Notes: generated from the sequence alone by a model not told the origin. Shown: positions 1-13,770, counted from the stretch's first letter. The stretch: 64,000 nt of DNA from Klebsormidium nitens (GCA_000708835.1 DF237089.1:1-64000); one strand, 5' to 3'. A program made the numbers and translations.

Positions 1-2254
1 GCTAGCTGCACATCGTGCCTGGCACTAGTGCACCATTCAGGCTCTTTCCTTGTTCCCTCTGAGGTTGTGGCCACGGTTTGAGCTGGGGAGCAGGCTAGTT
101 TCGAGACGTGAGTCCCCACTGCTCGAACCAGGCATAGTCTAGTTCGTGCTTGGTGTGTGTTGCAGACAGTGCAATCAAGGTTCCTCTCCACCGTACAGCC
201 ACAGCATTTGATGCTTAGCAACATGCAGTTAGATACAGACAGCATGCAAGAAGTACGAACGGGCTAAGAACAATATGTAGTCGACAGTCACCACCAACTG
301 TGATCGCTACAAATCTCCTGAATTCTTTCTTGCTGGCTGAGAAGTTAGTTGCTGTTCTGAGACCCCGCGCCTGGACCTTATTGAGGGTACTGATCATGTG
401 GCTGAGCTCGTTGATATCGCATAGAAGGAGGCTAGTTTGAATAGAAGCTGTAGCAAGGGATCAGACAAGGACTAGGGTGAGGTTCGGTTGCAACATTACT
501 TATCGAAGCTACTCTGAGCAGAGATTGAGGACATCTCGATGTGCTTCGAAGAAATGTGCAGGACCTTCGAAGCAAGTAGACATCGAGCAAGATTCCTTAA
601 GAGGGGACTAATGTAAGTCACGAATGAGTCTGCTTGAAAGAACGGTTTCAAGGATAAGGCGCAATCCATTCGGTGCAGTAGTCCCCGACAGCCAGAAAGA
701 TCTGCATTTGTCTCGACGGCAGTAGAGGATCTTTAACATCAAATTGTTGTTCTTCTTCGAACATCATTCTCATCGCTTTAACAGCCCAGGTCCAGCTTGT
801 ATGTTTCAGTTGGAATGACGGGAACGAACGGCTTACAGGTCGCATAAATTTTCTCATTCTCGAGAGTTTTAAGGTGAGCCCTCAGGTCAGTGTCTTTGCA
901 TTCAGTCGCTTAATCCAAACATTGATTATCGCTTGATCCAAACATTGGCAAAAGCATCACCTCCTGTAACCAAGGATGGGAATGGACAATTGGCATCTCG
1001 ATGCAGATGAAGTGAACGACCTTGCTTCCCGCCCTGGCCAGCTCACGATCCGTCACGCCAAGTGCGCAGCCTGGGTGTACCGCATGGGAAGGCGGAAGGC
1101 AGCCCACAACCGCGTCGAAGCAACGCAGCACTTGTCAGGTCAGAGGCTGGCTGAGACCGCACGCTATGAACAGACAGAGTGCCTGTCAAGATCTGGTACA
1201 GCCTCGCTCCCTCAAGATGCTCGTGGGTGGTGACGTCAGCAGGCATGATCAAGAGGACCTGATTTTGAAAAGAGGATCGTTGAGACTGTTTGGACTCAGC
1301 ATGAGCAGTGGCTCAACGTTCGTTGACTCATAAGAACGGACAAAACTTTGCCGCTTACAGGCCTGATTGAGCACAGTCTCTACATTTGACCAAAGGGCTG
1401 ACCAGACCTGCTTCACAGAGGCGGAAGCTGCTTAGACGAACCGTTTTCTCTTGCCGAACATATGCACATCATAGGAACGCCTTTCGGCTCGTACACGCAT
1501 TCCGACCGTCGAAGCTGCTCTCCTCCAGGCCTCAAAACGCATGTTGTCCGTGCTACTTCTGGGACTACGACCCGATTATAAGCTTAAGAGGTTGATATAA
1601 TCATTCTTTCGAACGTCGTATGACTAAGCGCTTTGAGTTTGTGGCTGCTTCCATTCGGCTCCACTTGTGAAGACTGTCATCCACACATCATGCCGCCCAT
1701 CAAGCTTCCGAAGACCAGTTCGCAATCGTGACGGGCACGACTGACAGGTTTGGGCGCCTTCGATGCTGCCGCCGCGTTCTGCTTCCCCCTTATGATTCCC
1801 GCAACTCTTAATCCTGACGATTCCACCGGGAAGTTTTCGTCAGTTTGTATCAGTTTGGGAGTCTGCTTGGTGTATGAAATGGGCTCGACTCAGGACCAAA
1901 TGCTCTCCGCTCCGTTATAAACTGCAGAAGTTGGTGCCCTCATACAGCACGTCAAGTAGGCTCTGATAGAGACCTTCGCGTACATAGCCGGGCCAATCTA
2001 CTCTTACAAGAACACCTTTCAGAATTTTCTTTCCTCTCTGGTCGGCCCTTTTTGCATTCTTTGACCACTCATATCTCAGGGCCCTGCGGAGTATGCACAC
2101 AATCGAAGACAGGACGCAGGACTGATCAAGAAGCGGTTCCGCTGGCTTCCACCTTGTGTTCAAATCCGCTTTCTTGTACTTACCAAAAGGCTCCAGTAGC
2201 TGATGACTCACCACCCCAAGCCTGAGAACCTTAACCTGTTAGAAGTATTTGCGC

Positions 2255-3117
2255 NNNNNNNNNNNNNNNNNNNNNNNNNNNNNNNNNNNNNNNNNNNNNN
2301 NNNNNNNNNNNNNNNNNNNNNNNNNNNNNNNNNNNNNNNNNNNNNNNNNNNNNNNNNNNNNNNNNNNNNNNNNNNNNNNNNNNNNNNNNNNNNNNNNNNN
2401 NNNNNNNNNNNNNNNNNNNNNNNNNNNNNNNNNNNNNNNNNNNNNNNNNNNNNNNNNNNNNNNNNNNNNNNNNNNNNNNNNNNNNNNNNNNNNNNNNNNN
2501 NNNNNNNNNNNNNNNNNNNNNNNNNNNNNNNNNNNNNNNNNNNNNNNNNNNNNNNNNNNNNNNNNNNNNNNNNNNNNNNNNNNNNNNNNNNNNNNNNNNN
2601 NNNNNNNNNNNNNNNNNNNNNNNNNNNNNNNNNNNNNNNNNNNNNNNNNNNNNNNNNNNNNNNNNNNNNNNNNNNNNNNNNNNNNNNNNNNNNNNNNNNN
2701 NNNNNNNNNNNNNNNNNNNNNNNNNNNNNNNNNNNNNNNNNNNNNNNNNNNNNNNNNNNNNNNNNNNNNNNNNNNNNNNNNNNNNNNNNNNNNNNNNNNN
2801 NNNNNNNNNNNNNNNNNNNNNNNNNNNNNNNNNNNNNNNNNNNNNNNNNNNNNNNNNNNNNNNNNNNNNNNNNNNNNNNNNNNNNNNNNNNNNNNNNNNN
2901 NNNNNNNNNNNNNNNNNNNNNNNNNNNNNNNNNNNNNNNNNNNNNNNNNNNNNNNNNNNNNNNNNNNNNNNNNNNNNNNNNNNNNNNNNNNNNNNNNNNN
3001 NNNNNNNNNNNNNNNNNNNNNNNNNNNNNNNNNNNNNNNNNNNNNNNNNNNNNNNNNNNNNNNNNNNNNNNNNNNNNNNNNNNNNNNNNNNNNNNNNNNN
3101 NNNNNNNNNNNNNNNNN
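2255..3117. other. Assembly gap (863 N)
   Basis: Continuous run of N. The ~300-aa ORFs at 2203-3188 are artefacts of it. Confidence 1.
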
Positions 3118-5848
3118 TAACCAGGATTTTTCGTCGCACCCTCACAATCTGCCGTGATAGCAGACCATACTTCGTCGCCTCGCAGCAAACTTGTGGTAAT
3201 TTACGATTCCGTTTCCCGCAGGGCCACTTCTTGTAGAGTAACTTGACACAACATAAATGAACTTGGTTTACTTTTCTACGTCGGTGCTTTGTTTACACGG
3301 TGCTTTCGCTGTCTCGTCAAAGGATTCTATTGATTCTATCCAGTGACAATAATTTCAGCTCTCTTCCCAGTTCGCGGACTGGGTTTACGCATCCACTTAA
3401 TTTCCTGGAGACCATTCCCCACTTTGCTGGTACCGAGCAAAACTTCCCCTCCTCCGCTTGCAGCCGCCTTCACCCCGGTGTGCACCAACGAGCTGGCCGT
3501 CGTCACTGAGTATTAGTGTACGTCCAAGGAGCCTGACGTCAAGCTCACAGCGAGCGTGACGATTAAGTTCCTGCTTCCCGGAAAAGCAGGATTCCGGCAT
3601 CATGTTCAAGGACGTGGAGACATCTCCTAAGTCGTTCTCCCGGGAAACGTGTCTGGGTTGCTGGACTCGCTCCTTCCAAATCCTTTCAGTTCCGGTGCCG
3701 CTCGCAGCATACACACCTGACCGCCTAGGAACTGTTACCATAGCCCACAGAACTTAAGCTGCTCTCGCCCTAACTTCCTCTCTGTTCGAGTCCCGCGAAG
3801 CACTTGCGTCTGCTCGAGTGCTGCTCAATTCGATTCAGGCTCAGCGCACCAAAACTCGCCCAGTCCGGCATTTCAGCGCCGCTCGAGCGCGCCACGGAGC
3901 TGGAGCGCGAGCGCCCCCTGCGCGAGCGCCTGTCGAGACGTTCAGCACGGGGACCCGATGTCGAAGCTGAATCGGTGGAAACGCGGCAACAATGTTCGGA
4001 CATACTGGATGGAGAAGAACGCCCAAAACAAGTGTAGTAAACTGTCAATGACAAGCCGTTTCTAGATTTCGACGCCGCGCTTGTTTCGAAGCATGGCTCC
4101 GATCTGTAGGAGCTCTTCTTGACCACTCATCAATGTCAATCAGGTCTGACCGTCTTCTCTTGGAGACGTTTGAGGTTTCCAACTCTTTTTCCTTGTAAAG
4201 GAAGGTATCGCAAGGCAAAAGGGAATACAAGCCGCAGCTTCTTTTTCTCCTTCCATGAGTTGCTCTGTTTATAGATTCTACTTCAGCTGACGTCTCGCGA
4301 GATGAGACTTGAAAGGCCCAGGCAGCGCGTCGGCAGGTTCTCCTCTCCTGGAAGTCCGGCTTGCTCATTAAGAGGTTCGAGCCGGTGCCACTGAAGGCCG
4401 CGCGGGCGCGGTCATGGCCCATGTTGGCGGCAGCCCGGTTCTGATTACCCCCGCAGGGCCGCGACCTGAAGTTGGAAGCGCCCATCGACCGAAACCAACA
4501 ACAAGCTGTAGACCGAGGGCCTCGGCAGTCTAGTGGAAGACTTATCACGCATACAATGGAGTACGGATCCGACGCATGGCTGCATGCAGGATTCGCAAGT
4601 AAAATGCAACCGCGGTTCGAAGTCGCTGGATTTCGGTAGCTATGCGAGGAGTTAAGCGTCGAATGGATTGGATGTACTGACAATACATACGAGCAACTTG
4701 TCGTGTTTGGATATACAATGAACACGTAGCAGTGAATCTCTGCATACTAGCAAAGAATTGGTTGTGAGCCAAGGGCTCCCAACCGATCAAGTTTTAACAT
4801 GCCACACATCATTTGCAGACCTGGTCTGAACACACTGGTCAGCAGCTTGATCGGTTTCTTCTGCGTCCAACCGTTAGACAATACAGATCTTTCTCGAATG
4901 GCAACCTGTCAACCAAGTCATTGCAAGCCGCAATCATTGCACTGATAAAGGTTTCAGTGTGTGGAGTCATATCGCCCACTTGATCCTGTGCTCCGCAGAC
5001 AACTTCGGAGCGTCCCTTCAACGCATATGCAGACGGCTTTCAGGGCCAAGCTTTCAATGACGATCTCTTCTGACTCTTTCATGTTCTCTTGTCGCGGACA
5101 AGGTATATATCGATCGAATCTTGTTGCAAAAGTGGAGCATCCTTTTAAAATTATTACCTTCACCAAATCGAATCTATCGTTACGATTTGCAAATCTCAAC
5201 CGCGGCCCTTTACCAAACCGAAATCGTCGTTGGGATTTGCACTCATACGGCTCACAACTAACACTACGTCTTGAAGAATCAAGCCTTAGACGAGTGGGTG
5301 GGGGCTTGATCATTTGCAAAAGGCAAACTCCGAATATTATTATTGAGCCATTATTCTTGCCGATCTTGAGTCCCCAGCAGAGATGTCAAGCGCGTGCCAC
5401 GTACTCTGTAAAGCATCACTTCAAGAGTCCTCAACCTAGTCTGAAACACCAGACGTGAGGCGTAAACTCCGCGAAAGCCACGTTCACTGAACTTGGACGA
5501 AGTTCTCCCTTGAGGTATTGACTGGCTGATGCAGAAGTATGCTCGATCCCAAAGCACACGCTATTTGGCCATCTCTGATACCGTCCCGGCACTATTGCAT
5601 CTACAAATACCTCGCAAAGCTAGCTACAGAAGCCAGCTCGCAGCAACTACGGCTGATCACACCTCTACACGCCTTTTCAGCAAGATCTACCCCTCGGGAG
5701 AATTCCGGCCCGGAATATGCCAAAGGCTCTGAGCGTCTCACATTCTAATTCGACCCCGGTATGACTATCCATCTGGGCAAAGTCCAGTTAGGAAAGGTGG
5801 AGTCTCTTTCACAGAATCCCGCTCTTTGGAAACGGTGCACCAACCTGG

Positions 5849-8800
5849 TCACGTGCAGAAGGGTTCCGCTGCGGGTTCCGATGGGCAGGACCCGCGACAG
5901 CAAACGGAGGCCGAGCCAGCGGCGTTGAAGCACTGGCGACATACAGAACGACACGTGTCAACACGGTCCCGGAGAGCGGTCAGCTGTGAACGGACCACTG
6001 GCGACTCCATGGGGCAAAGGCAAGTGTCCATTAAAGTTCGAGAAACATAAGCAAGGTAGATTACGATACGGGCACAGACACTGAATCAGAAGAATTTTCG
6101 TACCCCAAAGACCTACGTGCTCCGCACCCGTACCGACATTGACCCCCAAAGTAACCCCACCCGTCTCCCGGGCTTGGCCTTCTTATTCATGTGGCTTACT
6201 TCTCAAAGAATCGAGACTTCTCTTGTGTCCTGCTAATGAAATACCGACGACGTACACGGGGGAGGACATATCAGAAATAATTACGCAGCCTCCTATAAAC
6301 CATCACCGGCGGGGCGTGTTCTGACCTGGTTCGGCTTCTCCGACTGCGGGTCGCACAGTGCCCCGGGTGCCGGCGCCGGCGCGGGGCCCGGACCTCCCGT
6401 CGCTCTAGGCGTTGGTGTCGGACTTTGGCCAGACTCTCCGTTGCCAGGAGGTGGCCCTGCAGTTGCCCCGGTCGCTGTCGGCGTCGGGGTTGGCGTCTGG
6501 TCAGACTGGGTGCTTCCTGGAGCTGGCCCAGGAGAGGCCCCAGTTGCTGTCGGTGTCGGTGTGGAGGTCTCTTCAGACGGCCCGGGAGCTGGGGCTGTGC
6601 CCGGTACCTCGGACGCCGGTGGGGTCGGCCCAAGAACGGGTGCCGGTGCGGACGCCGGGGGAGGCGCCCCAGGGGACTGAACCGGGACGGGGACACCGTT
6701 GACCTGGAGGGTGGAGGGAGTTTTCATTTGGAACCGAGGGCACGCCGAAAAGGCCTGTGTCATGTAGTCAAAATCACGGCTCTTACAGGTGAAAGGTTTG
6801 CGCAAGCGCTCAGATGTGAAAACCTCCAAGGGGTTTAAACACGATTAGTTGGGAAGGTGAATGTGACTCGACAGATACCATGACCAGGGATTATAAGACT
6901 GTGCTTATCATGGAGCACTTGCTTTTGCACCGCTTGTGTACTTTGAAGATGGAGCGCACCGGAATGGATTGTGCTTTCCGCGTTTAAACAAACCTGTTCT
7001 TGAAAGAAGCAACATGCACCCGGAAGATTGAGCTTCAGCCACGGGCCGGTCCTCAAGAGGGGCAGATCTCTAAGAGGGGCCAATGCAAAAGAAAAGGCAA
7101 CACGGGCGCTCTCCGTCGGGTCTTGTCCTTGTTTTGGGGCTGGACTAGATCTCTGTCACGACGATGAAGTATGAATTCCGTGCCGCTCACACTCAGTCTC
7201 GTTGGCCCTACGCCCCTGTTCCTCACCACCTTTGGTGGCTTCGCTCTTTATTTTTCTTATTATCAACCTCTCATTACGGGCTACTTTTGAATGTGCGCTG
7301 AAAGTGATGAGAATTTCCAAAAGGCCTCCGTCTACAGACATGCTCGGGCGGCTTTTATGCTGCTCGTAAAATCAAAACATGAATATCAGCACCTTAAGCT
7401 CAGGCTAAACATATTCCGCCACGCTGTCGTGACATTTGATATGATCTTTCCGCTGAGTCGGCCTCCATCTCAAGCACTTTCCCCTCAACGAATTATTGTC
7501 TGAACGTCTTTCCGGTTATCGGCAACCCGCAAATCGTGACGTCAGCCTACCTGGAGCTCCAGGTGGTTGGCGCCGCTCTTGGTCGTCAGCGACGCCGCGC
7601 ATGACGTTGTGAACGACTTGGAGAAGACCGTGCTGACGTAGCAGTACGTCCCCTGTGCGCGCTCGGGGGTCAGGTCCAAGATGACGTAGCCCTTGCTGTT
7701 CCACTCGAGGTAGCGCTGGTGCGGGTTGTCCTGCTGGAACACGGGCGTCAGCACCTGCGCCACTTGCTCGGCGGCCGTGCCCGGGCCGCCGGGGCCGCTG
7801 CAGGCGAAACACAAAGAGGCGTGTTAGAATCTTCGATCTTGAGCCATGGGAAAGCGTGCGCAGCAACTGTAATATCTGGTCTGGATGTGCTAGAACGGCG
7901 CTGCCACGACCAAAGCGGTACATGCCGCAAAGAGGTGTCCATGTCTGGCCTATGAAACAGAGCCGCTTGCCGCCCCGTTGACGTCGGCTTCGAGAGCAAG
8001 GCGACGTGTCAAGCTCAGCTGTAAGCAGCTCACTAGAACGTCTCGATGCTCGACGGTGACGACACGGCTGTCGTCAGGAACTCGACGGCGAGGGACCCCG
8101 CGCCTGTGGCCGGGTCGTACGCGCACGCGGCCGCGTCGCGCGTGGCACAGTAGCCCCCCGGATAGGCGAACCGGGGCAGGTCATTGGCAATGGACGAGTG
8201 CGTGTCGCCCGACAGGAAGACCACGTTGTCCATGTTCTCCGCCTGGAGCTTCGCCAGGATGCGGTCACGGTTGTCTGCGAAAGAGGGCGCGGCGCGCGCA
8301 TCAGCGGGTTAGTCTGTAGGATGCGGTCGGTTCTATGAGAAAGGGATGGGTGACGTCGCGATTGAGCGCGCGCATCAGCGTGGCGGTTGAAAATCTCGCC
8401 GCGCGTGGTCCGCTGGAAAGTCTTGAGAGCCAAGGTGGTCGAATCTTGGCGGACATCATTTGGAAATCGGCGCCACTTGAGGTCCGATCATAGCGCCTCG
8501 CTTGATGCCCGCATATGCCGATGATCCGCTAGAAAAGCATAGCAGACAACCAGAGGCCGTTTTGTATCGTTTCCGTTTAGCACAGAATAACACCCTCATA
8601 TGACTCGCGGTACAAAGCGGTCAGATGTTGAGGCGGGAAGGAGGGCAATTCTGCATACCGCTGAGCAGGCAGCCATCCTGAGAACAATTGAACGGTCGCG
8701 CGCAGCAGGCAGTGTGGAATCCCTGTCTTCCGCACTGCCTGCGTCTCAGCTACACGGAAGCATTTTGCATTGCAGAACATTCGAATCGCACGCAGGGCTT

Positions 8801-11800
8801 ACGCGTTTCACCACGCTAGCCTTTGGCAGAGCCCGCCAGCGCTTACCGGCATACCCGTCCCACGCGTCGAAGTTGATGACGGGCGTTATGCCCAGCTCCG
8901 GACGGCCTCTGGTGAGGAACTGTCCAAGCACGACCTGCTGTCCGATGACCTTCCATGTGACGGCGCGGGACTGGTCCAGCTGCGCGTACAGATACTGCTC
9001 CTGGTAATCGCCCAAGATGGTCCTGTGCATGGACAGCGGTTTCAAGACTAGAGTGCGACAAAATTAGTGAGCAACTCACCCTGGGACGGGTGGGTTTACT
9101 TTGGGGGTTAGGTGGGCATGCGGAGGAGGTAGGTTTCGGGTTTGTGTTTTACTGTGTTAGCTGGGAGCTTCCTATTCCTGAGCCCTTTCTATTCTTCTCT
9201 GTGGCAGAAAGGCTAAGCTGAAAGTTTCTCGACAATAGCAAAGGGGGTTTGCAAGAGGCATTCTGAGACGCTGATCCTGATCACCTTGACTATGTTATAT
9301 CAACCGGAGTACGTGAAAAGCATTCGATGTTGCCAGCAGTTCCTTCTATTCGATACGGACGGATCCTGGTCACTGAGCGAGAAAGCTCCCTCCGGCGATA
9401 AAAGTTGAAGTCCCAATCAACGCTCCAAACCCTGAACAACAGGCCCGATCGACGATCCAGGAACGAACGTTGGCGCCCGGACACATCAACGCTCCGATTT
9501 GTTCGACAACAGGTCCGGCGAACGCTCCAGATTCGTCGTTGACTAAGCTCGCCCACCTGCCCGGAGAGGTGGCGACCGCCAGCTGTGCCGCGGTGTTGTT
9601 CACGCCGGGAAACGTGGGGTCGTCGACTTGGATCTGTCGCCCGTACACTCGGGCGTCGAGCATGGTGAGGTGGACCAGGCTGCCGAAGTTGAAGGAGCGG
9701 AAGATGCGGGCGGGGTCGGTGGGGTCAACCTGGCCGACCGGCATGTACTCGAAGTAGGCCTGCATGGCGGCCGACTGCGGCCGGTGCAAGGCACCGGGGT
9801 AGGGAGCCGTTAGTGAACGTCGTATTGGGGAAAGTTTCGATGAGGCATCCTACAGTCGAGCCTGTTGCGAACACCGGCGCCAACAAACTTTGACGCAGAC
9901 CGCAATAGCTCTGACCTGAAAATCTCCTCTGATCAAACTAGAGTAACCGCAATGACTGCCTTGGCCAGTCGCTTCGCAAGCTGCCCGGGCCACGAACACA
10001 CCTTGCAGGCAAGGCTTTGATACCAGTTCCAAGAGAATTGGAAAAGAACCGTTTCATTTTTGACTCCGAGCTGTGCACAAGATGTGTCCATGTAGCAGGG
10101 CCTTACCTTCCGAGCAGCCCAGGAACCCTCGGTTGCCGGGTTATGGTTTGCGGCACCGCCGGCCCAGGCGTTATCCGCAAAGTCGTGGTCGTCCCAGACG
10201 GCGACCCATGTGTGCTTGGCGTGGGCTGCTTGGGCGCCCTCGTCAGTTTTGTACTGGGCGTGACGGGTCCTGTAAGGGAAAGGAAAATTGTGGTCCGAGC
10301 GGCTGGAATAATCAAGCCGGAGGTCGGCACTCATCAAGGCGTTCAAAGTTCCAGCAATTCTGAAAGTCCCCAGGTCATGACGGCTTTGAGAACGCGCCCT
10401 CAGGGAGCATTAAAAGCATTTTGATTTCCTTAGGAGCCTGAGGTTGTAAAGGCATAATGGTGCCCTGGCCTCAAAGACGGAGAAAAATGCTGCGCAGCGA
10501 GCTCAAGGGCGGGAACGGACCCCACTTTCGTATTTGGAGTTTTGTTTGCAAACGTCGATGCCATCGCCGTTCGGATGGTTTATTTACGAGCCTGATGCAT
10601 TCTTCACTCAGACGTGCAATTGCAGTGCGAAGAAGGCCGACGTCTCAAGGAAACACAGCAGTACCAAGGGGGTCACATTGCTTCATTCTATGTCTTGATA
10701 AGCGATTGATGAGTGACATCACTGCCTGGAGAAACGGACGCTGTGGATCTGGGGGTTGGCAAGTCAGCGCTAGATGTCATAACGGGGTCCATTTCCAGCG
10801 AGTCGTTCTTTGGTCTATCAGAATCACTTTCTAAGCGCTCATCCTAGGATCAAGAACCATTCTGAAGCGCCCGCCAAACCAGACTTCGCCACCAAGTGAG
10901 GCCAGCATTTTCCGAGCCCGTGCCAGTGGACTCAGTGGAGTGGCAGGGACATGTCACCGTTTTGTGTCTCCGTGCTTTTAGCAAGCCCCGCTTTGGGCCG
11001 CTTTCCGACCTTCTTATGGCCTCATTCGGGTCCCCTCGGACGCGCAACATGCAAACCAAGCCGCAATCCCTGCTTCGTGTCTTACCGGTAGTCACTCAGA
11101 GTGACGAGGTCCCTGTCGGGCTGCGGCGCGCGGGAGGGGTCCACCGCTGCAAAACCCGTCCCGAACTCCCCCGACTTATACTCGTAAATGTAGTCCCCCA
11201 GGTGGAGAACTAGATCGACGTCTTGGGACGCCACGCTCTGGTATACGTTGAAGTAGCCCGCCGGGACGTTGGAGCACGAAACGACCGCAAAGCGGACGTG
11301 GCTGACGTCACCCTGCTGCAGGGTTTTGAGGCGGCCTGGAGGGGTGGGGGATGTGGGAGGTGAGCGGTGGGAGTGCATAGAGGATGACGTGAGCTTGAGC
11401 TGGTAGACTTGTGGAGTGGGGAGCTGAGTTGTGGGGAGTACTCATGAGGAGTTGTGATGTTCAAGTACTGAAGAGACGTTGTACGCTCCAGTCGCCCCCT
11501 CTCTCACAATCTCAAGGGCGGTCTCTGCAGCACAGAGACGAACGCTTACCGGACTTTGAAGGTCTTGACGACGTCCAATGGAAGAGATTGCGGCGTACTT
11601 GTTTCACAAAAAAATGGTGGTCCACGAATGCTTCACAAAATACCAGAACTTGGCTTTCCAAACCAAATGAGGCATCACAAGAGATATCAATGTCTTAGAC
11701 AACTTGGACATGTTGCACTGCCGGCTCCCGTATGCCGGTGAATGATCCGGACCCCTAGTATGTGCCAAAAGTTGGACTCTATGCCTCGGCACGGTTCAAA

Positions 11801-12402
11801 GCACAAGTGGTGAGAAGCAACAATTTGAACAGGGCAGCAAATCCGCTGGCCTCGAAATCAACCTGACACTCACCAACAGGCGACTTGACATTTCCCGCTT
11901 CGTCCGAGAACTGGTAGTAGTAGAACTGGCCACCCAGCTGCAGCCCCCCCACCGTCACCTTCACAGTGAAATCTACCGCCGATGACGTCAGCGTACTCCC
12001 TGACATCACCACGTCGTTCATGCCCTCGTCGCTTGCGACTGCAAAGTTCACAACAATGCTGCCCGGGAGGTCACTCGCCGGGGTGCCTTTAGTCCACAGG
12101 ATCGCTGTCGCTGCGTAGGGGTACGTTGTGTAGTCCACCCCGGGGTCACCACTGGCCACCCCGTGCAGGAATGCCACAGCGGACGCTTCTGCTGCCAGCA
12201 ACTGCCGCGCTGCCCGGCGGGGGTGCGCTGGGTACGGCTTCGCAAGGTCGGGGCGTGTTGTGAGGGGGGAGAGGTAGTTCAGGTTGGGAGTGGAAGCTGC
12301 TTGGGAGGCAGGCACCCCAGCAGTAAGGAGGGCGGCCAGCAGGGAAAGGAAACGAAGGAGGCATGGCCGCGGGGCGTTGGTACTGCGGCCACGTGACACC
12401 AT
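5849..12402 (-). CDS. phoD: Secreted PhoD-family alkaline phosphatase/phosphodiesterase with C-terminal Pro/Thr linker and Cys-rich tail (~761 aa, 9 exons)
   Basis: Exons (minus): 12402-11874, 11335-11086, 10269-10107, 9774-9557, 9022-8847, 8274-8034, 7797-7551, 6703-6326, 5932-5849. All introns are GT-AG, phases are consistent, and the total is 2286 nt. Motifs: FLHGVASGDP, VVSCSN, LHLGDYIYEY, WDDHDFADN, QAYFEYMP, MLDAR, DAWDGY, LSGDTH. Hydrophobic N-terminal signal LLRFLSLLAALLTAGVPASQA. Confidence 0.93.
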
Positions 12403-12643
12403 TTTGGTACGCGTCTTGGGGGCGTTGAAGGGGATCCAAGGGAGCAAATGCTGCGTTGACTTTTCAGTTGCAATGTGCTGCGTAATATTTCAGTTGCAGC
12501 TTGCTGTGGGAGCTCATGTGCGTGCGCTGCACTGAACGGGCGCAGAAATGGCTACACTCTACTGATCAGCTGATTAACTTTATTCGTAAGAATGTGCTGT
12601 AGTTCGACATATTGCGTAGTTGTTGCATGGCGCGTTGGGGCTT

Positions 12644-13770
12644 GCCACGTGGCCGGGGATTCTGTGCTCGCTTTTCGGAATAAAAGGAATGAAAGGGGCC
12701 TTCTTTTGCCTTGAATGGTCATGGGACTCGGATTTCTCCAGGTGAAACAGCTAGCGGCCACACTACCTGCTGTGCAATGTGTGGCGGGCGTCTTGACCTT
12801 AAGACCTTGTGCTCACAGGGGTCGAGCTTATACTGGCTGATCACCTGAACTGTTTAACCCCTGAGCTTATATTTGAAAGGCATTGAAGCTACAGTGCACG
12901 AGATCAATGATGACACCAGCGTAGATAGCTGGGAGTTTGTCAGTTGCAAGCCGCCGGAAGTGGTAGAACGAGGGCTTATCATCAGAGCCTACCAGAAACA
13001 TAAGTCCTAGTTGGACGGATCTCGACCGGGCCAGTGCCCCTCATGTGGAGCAAGGCTACTGGACCTGTCACCAAATCTTCGCTCCTGAGAGTCCGGGCTA
13101 AGCTCGTCTCAGATCAAAAATGTTCACACCATATAATCGCCAGACGCAGATCGAATGGACATGCAGTCACTGGCGCCGGCTACCTGATCTCAGCTCGACA
13201 GACGCTCAGTCATGCTTAGTCATGCTTAGGTCAGCCTGTAAGTCGGCTGCACTCGGTCGCAACAATTGGCTAATGTCTTCTAGGCATAGTCATTGTATAT
13301 ACTTAGCTAAAATAATCAAATTATCTTGTATCGCTGAAAATACATTCTTATGCGCCATAGCTTAATAATTGACCTGATTGCACGGAGAGAAGCTTGCATA
13401 CGGTATGAAGCTCATGAACAATCTCATGTACCTACCTATTCGATCAAGCACCATGATAGTACATACCGGTATTTCGGGGCTGAGCCGGGCTTCTGACAAG
13501 AAATGTGCGGGTGCATCCCCTTCAGCATTACCGGAGCTCACATTTGCTGCGGCGTGGTGGCACTAGGACTACGGTACCTAGCTTTTACCGGACGTACCTG
13601 TTTCCATGTAGCGTACTGTACTTGACAGCAGAACGGATGGAAGGAGAACGTGGACCGCAGTTTGCAATCCCGGACCCCCACACCGCTTGGTACTCTTTGC
13701 GGGAAGACCGGTCTGGTAACGTAACCGCCGGCGAGGTTTAGCAAGCCCGAAGCTGGCGACCTGCATATTC
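12644..13770. promoter_or_regulatory. Candidate cis-elements upstream of phoD: G-box and P1BS-like motifs
   Basis: Palindrome GCCACGTGGC at 12644-12653. GNATATNC matches at 13295-13302 (GTATATAC) and 13763-13770 (GCATATTC). These motifs are short and could be chance. Confidence 0.25.

Noticed and set aside
190-2214. Short ORFs and protein-like frames with TGA/TAG stops (possible decayed transposon or viral remnant)
   Set aside because: Stop density is about what random sequence gives. I recognised no RT, integrase, transposase or other motif, and no LTR or TIR.
2203-3188. Four ~300-aa ORFs
   Set aside because: Artefacts of translating the N gap.
4373-4392. GGTTCGAGCC, resembling a tRNA T-loop
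   Set aside because: No T-stem, acceptor stem or A-box in the flanks.
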